Assembly (NCBI RefSeq): GCF_000143415.4
Contig: NW_003314340.1
Coordinates: forward strand, 818,470 to 882,469
Reading direction: 5' to 3'
DNA length: 64,000 nucleotides
Source of the DNA: Selaginella moellendorffii
Lineage: Eukaryota; Plantae; Lycopodiophyta
The notes under the pieces are model-generated. The model did not search any database, was not told the origin of the DNA, and saw only the letters and a program-made list of their open reading frames with translations. The translations under genes and the position numbers were made by a program. Shown one piece after another: positions 24,431-39,669 of the stretch (position 1 is the stretch's first letter; the number at the start of each line of letters is the position of its first letter).

Positions 24431-25264
24431 TGAGGAATCCAAGCGCTTGTTTGATTGCATGCCGCAGCTCGATCACGTGTCCTGGAACGCGGTGCTCGGG
24501 GCCTACGCCCACAATGGCCACTGGGACGAGGCCGTGGCGCTCTTCTCCGCCATGCCCGCTCTGCGAGTACGGTCATCGCAGCATGATCCACCACGCGAGC
24601 GATGCTGAGCACCTATGCCTGTAACGGGAATCTTGATGAGGCTTGGCATATCTTTGACTGGATGCCGGAACGCGATGTTTTTTTCATGGAACTCAATCCT
24701 CTCAGCAAATGCCCAAATCGGGCATCTGGAACATACGAAGTTTCTGTTTGATACAGAATTTTTTTATTAAAGGCCAGATAAAGATCCGATTGCCTGGAAC
24801 GCAATAATTTCCGCCTATGCGCATAAAGCGCTATGGTGCGATCAAGGTTGAAGAGGAGAGACCGGGCGATCGTTGCTTCACCTTGGTTCTTCTCGTGTGT
24901 GGACGCACTGGAAAAGTTTGGGGTGGCTTTCGTTGCTTCGCGGAGATGGTGATCGATTATGGGATCGTTGCAAACAAGCTCCAGTACCGATGTATGATCG
25001 GCCGGGCATCTGAGAGAGGCGAAGGAGCGTATCGCAAGCATGCCATTCGAGGCGGAGGTGATGGACTGGCGATGTTTGCCGGGTGCATCGACGAGCTACA
25101 GCAATTTGGAACATGGTGCTCACGCAGCTAAGGCTCTCTTGGGTGGCCAAAACGAAGATTCAGCCGCCTATGTCCTTGCGAACATGTATGTGATGAAAGA
25201 TGGATCGCCCAGGAAAAGTATGATCTTCTCGAAGAGGAGGAGGAGGTTGGCTGAGAGTTTGTGA
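24431..25264 (+). pseudogene. PPR-E pseudogene, frameshifted 3-prime part
   Basis: EESKRLFDCMPQLDHVSWNAVLGAYAHNG, AWHIFDWMPERDV, DPIAWNAIISAYAH, L2-like CFTLVLLVCGRTGKV, MPFEAEVMDWRCLPGA and SAAYVLANMY, spread over several frames. Confidence 0.88.
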
Positions 25265-25271
25265 TGACGCG

Positions 25272-26816
25272 ATGGTTGCTCTAGCTCTAAGAACTGAATC
25301 ACCCTGCTGCTCTGGCTCCGACCTCGACAATTCGAGGGCGAGATATCGCTCCAACTTGCTGATTCACAGGTATGGGAAGCTTGGAAACCTGGAGCTTGCG
25401 CGCGAGGCTTTTGAGGCCATCAAGCATCCCAATGTTTTCTCGTGGAACCTTTTCATCGCGGCGTGTATTGACAATGGGAGCTTGCGGGAAGCAAGAGAGG
25501 TGTTTGACAGGATGCCTGCGACGGACAAGGACATTGTGTCCTGGAACACAATGCTGCGTGGGCATTTCCAGCTCGGTAACCTTCGTGAAGCTATGGCGGT
25601 GTTTCAAAAGATGCCGGAGAGGGACGTCGTTTCTTGGACTACTGTCCTTTCTGCAAATGCCCAAGAAGGTCATTTTGAAGTTTCAATTGCCTTGTTTAAC
25701 ATGATGCCCGTACGTAGCGTGGTCAGCTGGAATACTCTTTTGCAAGCGTACACATTGTTCAAAAAGATGGAAGAGGCTCGCGATTTGTTTCTCTGCATGC
25801 CTTACCGAGATGTTTCAACGTGGAACACAATGATATCTGGAAATGCCGTAGCGGGGCATTGTGCTGAGGCTCAAACATGCTTTAAATCCATGCCAGAGAT
25901 GGACGTGGTTTCATTCACGGCAATGATGAAAGCCTTTGGCGAGGCTGGGGACTTGCAAGGAGCGCAAAAAGTATTTGATTCCTCTCCCGCGAAGAACATC
26001 GTGTGCTGGAGCGCCATGGTAACCGCGTATGCCCAGCGTGGGCATCTGGAAGATGCTAAGTGCCTGTTTGACAGGATGCCTGAATGGAACACGGTGGCCT
26101 GCTCGGCCTTGATCTCGGCCTACGGCCAACAGTTCCATCTCGAGGCAGCCACGCAGGTGTTCTTCGAATACATGGCCGAGTGGAGCACGGTTTCCTGCAA
26201 TGCACTCTTGACCGCTTACTCCAAAAGCCGCCACCTCGAGGCAGCCATACAGATGTTCGACGCCATAGCCTACCGTAATGTGGGATCCTGGAACTCGCTG
26301 CTCGCAGCCTACGCCGATAACGGGAGCCTCGAAAACTCAGCAAAGGTATTTGCAATGATCCCCGACCGCGATCCCGTGTCCTGGAGCTCCATGATCACAG
26401 CCTACGCTCGATCCGGGCGCTGTAACGAAGCCACCAAAACCACCCAGCTGATGCAGCTCCAAGGCTTCGCGCTGGACAGCATCGCATTCCTGGGCATCCT
26501 CAACGCTTGCAAGCAACGGGGGCTCTTGCGGGAGGCTTACTCGTACCTGGGGCTCATGGTGGCGGAGCACGGCATGGAAGCGTCGGCGGAGCACTATGGA
26601 GCGGTCATCGACGCCCTGGCCGGATCGGGGCTCTTGGGCTGCGCCGAGGAGCTCGCCGCCAGCCTGCCGCTGGGATTGGACGCCGCCGGGTGCGCGTCAC
26701 TGCTGGGAGCTTGCCGGATCCACTGGGACGTGAGCCTTGGAAGGCGGGTTGCGCAAAGGATGAGCTCCAGCAGCCCCGCGCTCTACGTAACACTCTCCAA
26801 TGCATATAGCAGCTGA
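25272..26816 (+). CDS. Intronless PPR with an SS-motif array plus P2-L2-S2-E1 and truncated E2, no DYW
   Basis: 514-aa ORF of ~31-aa repeats (DVVSWxxxxxAYAxxGxxxxAxxxFxxMP) ending PALYVTLSNAYSS*. Confidence 0.92.
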   Translation: MVALALRTESPCCSGSDLDNSRARYRSNLLIHRYGKLGNLELAREAFEAIKHPNVFSWNLFIAACIDNGSLREAREVFDRMPATDKDIVSWNTMLRGHFQLGNLREAMAVFQKMPERDVVSWTTVLSANAQEGHFEVSIALFNMMPVRSVVSWNTLLQAYTLFKKMEEARDLFLCMPYRDVSTWNTMISGNAVAGHCAEAQTCFKSMPEMDVVSFTAMMKAFGEAGDLQGAQKVFDSSPAKNIVCWSAMVTAYAQRGHLEDAKCLFDRMPEWNTVACSALISAYGQQFHLEAATQVFFEYMAEWSTVSCNALLTAYSKSRHLEAAIQMFDAIAYRNVGSWNSLLAAYADNGSLENSAKVFAMIPDRDPVSWSSMITAYARSGRCNEATKTTQLMQLQGFALDSIAFLGILNACKQRGLLREAYSYLGLMVAEHGMEASAEHYGAVIDALAGSGLLGCAEELAASLPLGLDAAGCASLLGACRIHWDVSLGRRVAQRMSSSSPALYVTLSNAYSS

Positions 26817-27153
26817 AAATCTCCGCCTGTCAAAAGACTTGAGCGAGAGGGATCTCTGAGCGAGAACTTGAGGCTGTTGCTGCTACTGTTGGTGGTGATA
26901 GTGGTGGAGTGAGAGTGAGAGTTTGCTTCTTCTTGAGCGCCTCCGCCGCCAAAATAAAAACAAAAAAAAAAAAAAAAAAAGGTGGATGTCGTCACTTGCT
27001 TCGTCAAACAAATGCCGAAACACATAAAGGATTGACTTAGTCGCTGAGGGTGAGGAGCACCAACTGTTTAGCCGGCAATTCTTAGCTCGAGCATCTCTTC
27101 TCTATCGTTTTGCCCTATAAATTTCTATTCTCATAGTCGGCGGCGGGCCGACT

Positions 27154-28788
27154 ATGTGGTTTCACTCGCTACTCTCCCTTTTGCTGCTAGTCCCACTGCG
27201 ATCCATCCGCGCGCACCAAGAATGCCCCTCCTCCTCTGCTGGCGATGCCGCGATCGCAAACTCCACGCTCTCTAGCATCGGCGATGGCGAGGACATTCGA
27301 GAATGGCTGGTTGGAATCCGGCGGCGCATCCACCAGCGCCCAGAGCTGGGCTTCCAAGAGTTTGAGACGAGCGCGCTCATCCGGGCGGAGCTAGACGCGC
27401 TGGGCGTGCCGTACGAGTGGCCGGTGGCGGGCACGGGTGTGGTGGCCACCATCGGTACGGGTGGGCCGCCCATCGTGGCCCTGCGAGCCGACATGGACGC
27501 CCTCCCTCTCCAGGTAATAAAGCAAATCTTACTTCTCCCGCCTTGGTAAAACTCACGGTAAAAATCTCTCTTTGCGAAGGAGCTGGGCAATCCCGAGTAC
27601 AAGAGCCAGGTGGCCGGTAAAATGCACGCCTGTGGCCACGACGCCCACGTGGCGATGCTGCTGGGTGCCGCGCGACTCCTCTCCCGCCCCGCCGCGGTAC
27701 CGCGCGGTACAGTCCGGCTGCTCTTTCAGCCCGCCGAGGAGGGCCTCTACGGCGCCCTGGCCATGGTTGAGGGTGGCGCGCTGGGTGACGCCCAGGCCAT
27801 CTTTGGCATCCACGTCACCTCCGAGAGGCCGGTGGGTACCGCCAGCAGCCGCACGGGACCCCTCCTCGCGGGCGCCGGGTTTTTCACCGCTACCATCACC
27901 GGACGTGGAGGCCACGCCGCCTTGCCGCACAAGACGATAGATCCCATTCTCGCAGCATCGATGGTGGTGGCTAGTCTTCAGCAGCTCGTCTCCCGCGAAT
28001 CCAATCCTCTCGAGAGCGAGGTAAACTCTTCACATTTCAATGGTATGACTGTACCGCGCGGTACCGCGTGCTGCACAGGTCGTGTCCGTGACGTCCATCC
28101 AGACCCCCGACTCTTTCAACGTCATTCCTTCCACGGTGACGCTCAAAGGGACTTTCCGGGGCTACAAGAAAGAAGGCCTCAGGCGACTGAAAACCAGAAT
28201 CGAACAGGTTGGTTTCTCGTCCCAGCTTTGCTTGATCTTCCATCTCGATCTTCTCCGCAGCAGATCTTCTCGTCCCAAGTTTGCTTGATCTTCCATCTCC
28301 ATCTTCTCGCAACTTTGCTTGATCTTCCATCTAGATCTTCTCGTCCCAAGTTTGCTTGATCTTCCATCTCGATCTTCTCAACTTTGCTTGATCTTCCATC
28401 GATCTTCTCGGCTTCGCAGGTGATCACCAGCCAAGCTTCCGTGCATCAGTGCTCGGCCAGCATAGATATCAGTAACTTGCAACCCGCCACCTCCAACGAT
28501 CCGGAGCTCTACCACTTCTTCCAGGGAGTCGCGAAGGATCTCCTGGGAGAAGACAAAGTGACCGAGATGGAGCCTACCATGGGAGCCGAGGACTTTGCTT
28601 TCTACTCGGATCACGTCCCAACCATGTTCTTCTTCCTGGGAAGTGGAAACGACGCCAAAGGATTCGACAACCGGCCACACTCCCCATACTTCGACTTGGA
28701 CGAGGATGTTCTACCGATTGGAGCGGCCATGCACGCGGCGCTCGCGACAAACTACATTGAAAAGACAGCCACAGTTAGTGACATCTAA
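27154..28788 (+). CDS. IAA-amino acid hydrolase, ILR1-like (peptidase M20D), 4 exons
   Basis: Exons 27154-27513, 27580-28020, 28079-28207 and 28420-28788 give a signal peptide, [63 protein letters not shown] and PHSPYF. Confidence 0.96.
28226..28410. repeat. Minisatellite (TTTGCTTGATCTTCCATCTCGATCTTCTC-like units) in ILR1-like intron 3
   Basis: About five degenerate units are directly visible. Confidence 0.85.
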
Positions 28789-28969
28789 GTTAAATTCAAG
28801 CGTCGAAACCTCTACAAGAGCCAGCCTTGTCTGGTAAAGAAAAACTATTCACAGAAACTTATATTCAAGTCAGTAACAACCCAAAATCTCCTCCAGCAAC
28901 AAAGGAAGTTACCTCGAGCACCAAAGCAGTAGCATAGCTAGATAGATCTACACGAAGGAATCGATGCTT

Positions 28970-31900
28970 TTATAGGTAGACGTGCCGAACGTCACCCGCG
29001 CCAAATCCTACTCCGCAACCCGGGCATTTCCTATGCCTTATTTCCAGATTCCTCTGAATACACGGGTTGCAGAATAGATGGAGGCACTTCGTAATCGCCA
29101 CCTGAAACACGGAAAAGAGGCCCTTGAGCAACACAAACAATCGATGAAGGTGAATGTACACGTACCTCTTTCTGTCGGTCGTGGCAAACGCTACACTTTA
29201 GTAGCGTCCTGTATTTGTTTACTTCTTCCTGCAGCTTCTCCACCAGTGCGTTCTCTTGAGCTGTGGTATGCTTGGTTTTCAGTACGGTCAGTTCATTCTC
29301 AAGTCGCTTCTTCTCAAACCTGCAGCAAGCGAATTCAATACAAAAGCCAGTAAATATAGACAGGGTACCTTTCGTTCTCCAGTACTACCAGGACATCGTT
29401 CGTCTTTTCTCCACGTTCTCGGAGCTCTTTGTCAGAAACTTCCAAAGCGGATCTTAACGATTGGACCTCCCTCTCTGCCTCCGCCAATTTGCGCCGAGCG
29501 ACCTCCACAGCCGAATTACTGTGCCGAGTCTCATCAGCTGCCTTGGTAAGCTGGTCCAGTTGTAGACGAACCTACACAAGAAATAGAATGTTAATGTAAC
29601 GAAAATGACGATAACAATTGAGAAAAACCTGCTCTTCGAAACGAGCAGCCCTTTGCTTTTGCAAGTCGGCTGCAGACGTTGCAAGCTGCATCTTCCCAGA
29701 TATCGACTGTTTCTCAGCAACAAGAGAGGTCTGCAACTGTTTCGCTTTCAAGCTTTCCGCCACAAGCTGTAAGCGGAAAATTAGTCTCATTTCTAGCTAA
29801 CGTGAATCTAACAAACCTTTGTATTGTAATCATCCCTTTCGGATATCTGCTGCAAAAGCCTTTGGTTTTGAGTTTGCATGTCTTCATATGCTTGCCCGAT
29901 AGTCTGTTTAAAAAGAAAACTACAGACATAAATGTAAGAAAACTAAAAATCTTACCTCGATTTCAGATATGTAAGCATCTCCTTCTTCACTTTTTGCCTT
30001 AATAGTTTCTAGCAGCTCCATCTTATCTCTGAAAAACAGTGTAAGAATGTCTAAAAGTTAAAAAGTGCCACAATGAACCTGTCAGAAACATCCAAGCGTT
30101 CACGAAGTTCAGCAATTTCTGCTTCAGCTGCCGCAAGTCTTTGCTGGCAGGCGGCCTCCGCCTCATTCGCTGTCTTTACGCGAAGTTCAAGGCTGTGTTC
30201 ATCCAAGGCCTCCTGTAAACGTTGTATTTGGGCTCGAGCTCTACATTCTGATTGCTGTATTTCTAGAATATCCCTGCAGAGAAAGCACCAGATTAACAAG
30301 CTTTTGAAGAAAGAGAGTTGAAGGGCAACAGCACACCTGCTTTCTATTGACTCCTTTTCATACATATCTAGTATAAGCTTCAACTCCTGCTCGCTTTCTT
30401 TGAGAACGCGAATCTGTAATCGACCAATACCTTAAGAATCTGACGAAAGATAGCAGAACTGACCTCTTCTTTGAACACGTCTGCCTCAATAGCCTGATCT
30501 GCTAGCTTCTTCGAAAGATTTTTAAACTCGAATTTCTGTCAAAACGTTTATATATAAAGGATTCTTGTAATCATAGAGAATAGTACCTTTCTTTCAAGAA
30601 CCGCTGCCATAGAATGGGAGTCTGCTCGAAGACTGCACACTTCATGGGCAGCATCTTTGTATTTGTTAAGCTGCAGTTGCATCATCCCCATCTCCTTGTG
30701 AAGTGTACTTATCATTAGCTTGAGCTCCGCAACAGTGTCCTTTCTTCCTGAGGTTATAAAAAAGAATAAGCGATCACAGGAAGGTCCCAAAACTCATACC
30801 AGAAAGCTGATTTAATTCTTCGACTCTTAGCTGTAAATCATCTCTATCGGCCATACATTGTTGTAACTTCGCCTCCAAAGCTGTGATCCTCGATTCCGCA
30901 ACAGCTACGTCCCTCCGGGCAGCTTCTCCAGCTTCAGCTTTCAGGCTCACTTCTTTCTCGTGTCGTAATGCACTATCACGCTCAGCCTACAGCAGAGTTC
31001 TGGCACTTCAACACACTGGAAAATGGATGCCAGTCGGAATGACTTCTTATGTAGCTAGAAAAACGAGTTCTCACCTGAAACCGTTCCGCATTTGCTTGGC
31101 ATCGGTCGAGTTCCGCCTTGAAGAACTTCAACTGATCTTGCAGTAGGAGGTAGGGCCTCGACGATATAACCCGTTGCTCGTCAATATGAGAATCCTGTGG
31201 GTGTGAATTCAGTGCCACTGAATATAGCATAACAAAGTAATGCGGAAACCTGTAATCGGCGTAGTTGCTCTGCCAGATTGAGATTCTTTTGATGTGCCTC
31301 TTGAAGATCAACGAGCCGGCACTCCGATAAAGCCTGAAATCAAAGCAGTAAGAAACTGAGAACCAACACGTTGGACATACCTTAGTTCTTTCTAAAAGTT
31401 CTTCAAGATCTCTAATATCTTTCGACGTCTTATACACTCCACCCTTTTCTCCTGGTTCTTTTGTCACGGCACCAGGTGTTGGCGGCCCTGGTGGCAAATC
31501 TTTCTGATTCCTTAAAGCAGCAGCGAGCTTTCGCCTACTCGTGTCCAGTTCTGCTAGCGTATCTTCGAGCTCACCTGAAAGATGCCGACCCTCAGCGTAG
31601 CACTAAAACATATAAAAACTAGCTTACCAGTTAATCTTCCTATTTCAGCTCGATCCTTCAAGCGGGAATCCTCCATAGCCGTCATTGCAGAGCTAATTTC
31701 TTTATGCTTGAGATGGAGTGCTTCCATCGCTGTTCTCAAACTTTGAGTTTCAACCAGCAAATCATCATGAGCCTTTTGAAGGGCCTTTCCAGCAACTGAA
31801 CAATGAAAGCATAAAAAACTGGACAAACACCACTTGAGATACATACCATCAGAAGATAGTTGATTCTTTAACATGGAGGTGAGCTCGTCATGCTTAGCGC

Positions 31901-32616
31901 GTTGGGATTGAATAACCTGCACTATGTAGCTCATCGTTTTCACAGTGGAGGCCCTTCTGCTGTTTAAAGCCGCATCGAGGGTGTCACCTTCCGTAGATGC
32001 TGAGGAGCGAACTAAGCGCTGTAAAAAAGTTTCCTCCGGAATTACGGACGATGTATCCGGCTTATCTGCAACTGAACGGCATTTGTCAGCCTATCCATGT
32101 AACTGGAATATTTCTTACCACTTGACACTGGCGGCGCTACCTCCAGCACCGGTACCTCGGTAGTACCATCAGGATGAGCATTTACGGCTAGTAGCTCCAA
32201 GTCATCCACTAGCTATAGAAAAGAACGAGTCAGACATAGAAACCAAACAAACAACAATGAAAGATAAAAGGGACTGCTTACCTCCTTCCAGCACCTATTC
32301 ACCGAAATAAGCGTCTCATCAAAAGAAGTTTGCTTTGATTTAAGCTGGTTGAACTTATCCTCCAGAGCGTGTATCTCACTTCTTTGAGCGTCAAGCTTCT
32401 GAGCGAGTTGCTGGTTTTGGTACTGAAGCATTCCCGGGTCCGCCTATACATGCACAAAGAAGCATTAGAAAAGAAGAAAGACCAACAATAAGAAGACCAA
32501 ACCTTTCTCTCCTCTAAAACTGGAGCCATGGGCTGCTGCTTCTTTGGCGGTGGCGAGAGAGACGTGTGATTGTTGGAATGCCTTCGCTTGCGCTCCGACT
32601 CCTCAGTGCTACCCAT
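28970..32616 (-). CDS. HUB: BRE1-like E3 ubiquitin ligase for histone H2B monoubiquitination (HUB family), multi-exon
   Basis: Starts MGSTEESERKRRH; contains LQYQNQQLAQKLDAQRSE and LRVKTANEAEAACQQRLAAAEAEIAELRERLD; C-terminal RING LKCSVCHDRQKEVAITKCLHLFCNPCIQRNLEIRHRKCPGCGVGFG. Confidence 0.96.
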
Positions 32617-33555
32617 TCGGCTCCCACTACCCCTACTGGTACCTGCGTTGCTCGGACTGGCGGCGCTACTCCTCCAAGCAGCCTCATCAATCGCCAGTGG
32701 CGACTTGGCCACCGACGACCGAAGCGCTTCCACAGACGGCTCCAGGGCGGCGAAAGCGAGACAAGATTTCGACAGTCTCCTCAAGCGCCATACCCTACCT
32801 CAAGCCCTAGCTATGGCGCCGCAGCGCCATGCCGCCGGCGACTACTCCGGGCAAAGCGCCATTCCCGTGCTGGAGCGCTACCCTAGGGTCGGAATGGCTA
32901 TGGCGCCGCCGCCGCCCAACCAATACAGATGGAAAATGAATGAAGGAAAGAATTCCAATCCCCTCTAAGTCTCTGCTTGCATGAATTGCCCGCCCGTCAC
33001 GCGCCGTTGATCTGCGGGCATCCAACACTCACAAACGCGCCACGACAAATGTGAAGGACTTTGAAGGGCGTTACCGGCAATGCTTCTATTTCCATTCCAG
33101 AATGAACTATGCCCTCCATCGCCGGAGAGATTTTTCTGGCAGCCACGTGGCACAACCCTCGCGGTCCAAATTAGGTTACGCGTTTCCCAGATTGCAGCCG
33201 CTAGCTCCAACGGTCCCGATTCGCGGGAGCCATCGTTTATATGGACCATCGGGGATTAGGGTTCTTCGTGGTCTGTGATGATCTCTCTTGTGGCGAGTTG
33301 CGAGTAGAGACGATGCCTTGCCTCGCGCAAGGGAACCCATTCATCTCCTCGCATCTCTGTGAATCGCCCATCCTCTATTTCTGAGACCCTAAAATCTCCT
33401 TTGTGGAATTCGATTTTTTTTCTCACGGACAGATGATGAATCCATGTAAGGTCTCGTTCGTCTGAGTGAAAAGCTCTCGCGCTTTTCCTGACGACAACGA
33501 TTTATATCACCACCCATAGACTGATGTCCGCGTTTTTTCGATCTAGATTTCGCTC

Positions 33556-34148
33556 TCACACCTCGACATTCTCCTTGGCCGTTGTCTTCTTCACTGCTTC
33601 GGTTTCTTCCGAGGATCCGGGAACTTTTTCTTCTTCCTCGGCGGATTTCTTCGCTGTGAGCTCGGTCTGGAATTCGTCCGCTGCCTGCCCATGACAACAA
33701 AACCAAATGAGGCCGCGAGATTCACGAAAAGATCTCTTTTTTACTTGTTGGAAGCTCTTGACAGTCTTGCCGAGGCTCTTCCCAATCTCTGGGAGCTTCT
33801 TGGGCCCAAAAACCAGCGCCGCCACTCCGGCGATCACGACGAGCTCGGGCACGCCCAGCCCAAACAGCGCCATCACTCTGGCAGTCCGTCTCGTTGCTAG
33901 CATCGAATTGACGCCCCGCGCTCTCAGCCGCAGCACGCCATCGCCGAAAACCTCACGAGACGTCAACGAAGCTCCTGCGCCATGACAATCCAATTCGAAT
34001 CCTTCGTTTCATCCAATCGTTTTCGATCGAATTTACCTGGAACAAATGCGCTCGCTGGCGCATTGCATCGCGCCGCTGACGGCAATGGCGTGCTCCTCGC
34101 GATCGCAGCGGCAGGCCGGGCTTGGATTGGCAACACCGCCATCGCCAT
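33556..34148 (-). CDS. TATA: Chloroplast twin-arginine translocase TatA/Tha4 (3 exons)
   Basis: Transit peptide followed by ALFGLGVPELVVIAGVAALVFGPKKLPEIGKSLGKTVKSFQQ|AADEFQTEL and an acidic tail. Confidence 0.95.
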
Positions 34149-34232
34149 CGCTAAAACCCTAGAATATTATCCCCGCGCCATTAGACCGCCATCAGCTTAG
34201 AGGAGAGAGAAAACGCTACACATGGAACACGA

Positions 34233-34315
34233 GCTAGCTTGCCCGAGAGGTCCAAGGGGGGTGACTTAAGATCACCTGCACGTAGTGCGCGTGGGTTCGA
34301 ACCCCACAGCTAGCA
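34233..34315 (+). tRNA. tRNA-Leu (anticodon UAA)
   Basis: Acceptor stem GCTAGCT/AGCTAGC, anticodon arm GGTGA-CTTAAGA-TCACC, long variable arm, T-arm GTGGG-TTCGAAC-CCCAC, downstream T4. Confidence 0.96.
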
Positions 34316-34452
34316 AGATTTTGGAAATTTGAATCGATCACAAAACCTCCTTACTCACAGGTTCCTCTCCCGCGAATCGATCGCAAGACCTCCTTCACTA
34401 TTCCAACGAATAGATTTGAGGAGCATTTTCAATGTGACTAGGGTTGGCGGGA

Positions 34453-37880
<3,428 letters not shown>

Positions 37881-37965
37881 TGTATAATGTATAGGGGCCA
37901 TTGTTTACTATCACAGTGGAGAAAATTTGGTTTCTATGGTTTGGTTTTGATTGATTAGCATGGTT

Positions 37966-38049
37966 CCGACCTTAGCTCAGTTGGTAGAGCGGAGGACTGT
38001 AGTGCTCACAGACATCCTTAGGTCGCTGGTTCGATTCCGGCAGGTCGGA
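37966..38049 (+). tRNA. tRNA-Tyr (anticodon GUA) with an 11-nt intron at 38003-38013
   Basis: CCGACCTTAGCTCAGTTGGTAGAGCGGAGGACTGTAG-intron-ATCCTTAGGTCGCTGGTTCGATTCCGGCAGGTCGGA is the canonical plant tRNA-Tyr; T-rich terminator follows. Confidence 0.98.
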
Positions 38050-38166
38050 CACTCTTTTCTTTTTCGCTCCTCTGTAAAGCTTTGATCCACGCCTTGTGTT
38101 TTTTTTCTTGGTGTGGCTATATTTCATTTTGGGAGGGAGAGAGCGCGAGCGTTTTGTGGCGGCCAA

Positions 38167-39669
38167 ATGCAAGAACGATCTTCCTCTTCCTCGTCTTCGT
38201 CTTCGCGCTGGTGTTGTGGAGCCGCACCCGCCGCTAGAGAGGAAGATCACGAATCAGGTGAGGCATTCTTTCTTCCGGATCGCGCTGTTCTTGTTCTTGA
38301 TCTCGGCTTTCTTGCTCGAATTCTTGCCAGACATGGCGGCGGCGCAGTCGCAGAAGTGGAGCTACTTCTCTAACAAACCGCAGTGAGTGGTAGTGTGGAT
38401 TTGTGAGCGCTTCCAGCTAGCGGCATTTCCTTTTCCTTGGATTTCTTCCTCTCCTTTTTCTTTCTCCTCTCGAAATATCCCAGCGCGGGGCTTGCTAGAG
38501 CGGAAATCTCTCCTCTTTCTCCCTGTGTGTGCTTCGTTTTGCAAGAAATTCTCGCGGACTGACTAAAATGGGTGGATCTGCATTGGAATCGCTGGGCAAA
38601 AGCCTCAAAGAGACGCTCCACAAGGCCTCCTCGGACAGCGACAAGCGGCGGCTCACGGCGGACATGCAGAAGCTAGTGTGGGCGCAGCAGCGCCAGGAGC
38701 CAGCGGCGCCGCCACCGCCACCGCCAGGAACCACCGACGCCGCCAGCGATCCCGACCAAAACGACGAGATGGTTAAGGCGGTGGACAGCATCCAGGCCAA
38801 GGAGGAGGAGATCGAGAAGCGCAAGGCCGAGGTCCACCAGAGGGTCCAGGCAAAGCTTAGCAAAGTGGAGCTGGAAGCTCGCAGCTTGGACAACCTCCGC
38901 CGGGTAAGAAAGCTGGAAATCCTCCCTTCCTTCTCTTCGTCACTCTTCTACTCTTCTTGGAGTTGGAAAAGTTCTAAAGTTTTTCATACTCTTCTAGAAA
39001 GCTGGAAATCCTCTCTTCCTCCTCTTCGTTCGTTCTAAAGTCCTCAAGTTTTCATACTCTTCTACTGTTCTTGGAGTTGGAAAAGTTCTAAATTTTTTCA
39101 TACTCTTCTTCTCTTCTAGAAAGCTGGAAATCCTTTGCTTCTCTTCGTTCGTTCTAAAGTTCTCAAGTTTCCATACTCTTCTACTCTTCTAGGAGTTGGA
39201 AAAGTTCTAAAGTTCTTTGGGACTCTTTTCTTCCAGGAGTTGGAAAATCTCGAGGATCCGACGAGGAAGGAAGTCGGGGAGATCCGCAAGAAGATTGAGG
39301 CGGTGGACCGGGAGCTCAAGCCGCTCAAGCAGCAGTTTGACAAGAAGGTACTCGTTTCCTCCCTTCCTTTTCTTGCTCCTTGTGTGCGCTTGGTTTGCCG
39401 AGGATCCATGCTACAATGTGTGCAGGAAAAGGAGTTTAAAGATGCCTCCAAGGCCCTCGACGACAAGGTGAAGCTCAAGGCCTCGCTCGTGAGCAAATTG
39501 ATGGAGGTAAAGTTCTTGGTTGTCTCTTCTCACAACTTTTACAAGCCCGAGCTCGTTCTTCCAGGTTGTGACCGAGAGCGAGGCCGTGAGGATGAAGAAG
39601 CTCAACGAGCTCTCCAAGAGCTTCGATGATATGGACACCGCCGCGCTCGTTGCCAGTGGTGGAGCTTGA
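38167..39669 (+). CDS. RAB6-interacting golgin-like coiled-coil protein (DUF662 family)
   Basis: QAKEEEIEKRKAEVHQRVQAKLSKVELEAR..|ELENLEDPTRKEVGEIRKKIEAVDRELKPL..|EKEFK..|VVTESEAVRMKKLNELSK. Two short upstream exons from ATG 38167 splice in frame; 38568 is an alternative start. Confidence 0.88.
38904..39236. repeat. Intron of the golgin gene made of tandem degenerate repeats
   Basis: Recurrent AGAAAGCTGGAAATCCT, TTTCATACTCTTCT and GGAGTTGGAAAAGTTCTAAA blocks. Confidence 0.85.

Noticed and set aside
26951-26980. Poly(A) run after the intronless PPR as a retrocopy tail
   Set aside because: No TSD identified, and similar A-runs occur elsewhere in the window (near 39840 and 45510), so it is not diagnostic.
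28226-28410. Repeats here, in NAC intron 2, in the golgin intron and at 40030-40200 as CRISPR-like arrays
   Set aside because: Degenerate units without unique constant-length spacers, inside eukaryotic introns or UTRs, with no cas genes.
34340-34360. Acceptor-like CCTTACTCACAG suggesting tRNA-Leu lies in an F2KP 5-prime intron
   Set aside because: No GT donor between the TatA start and the tRNA.
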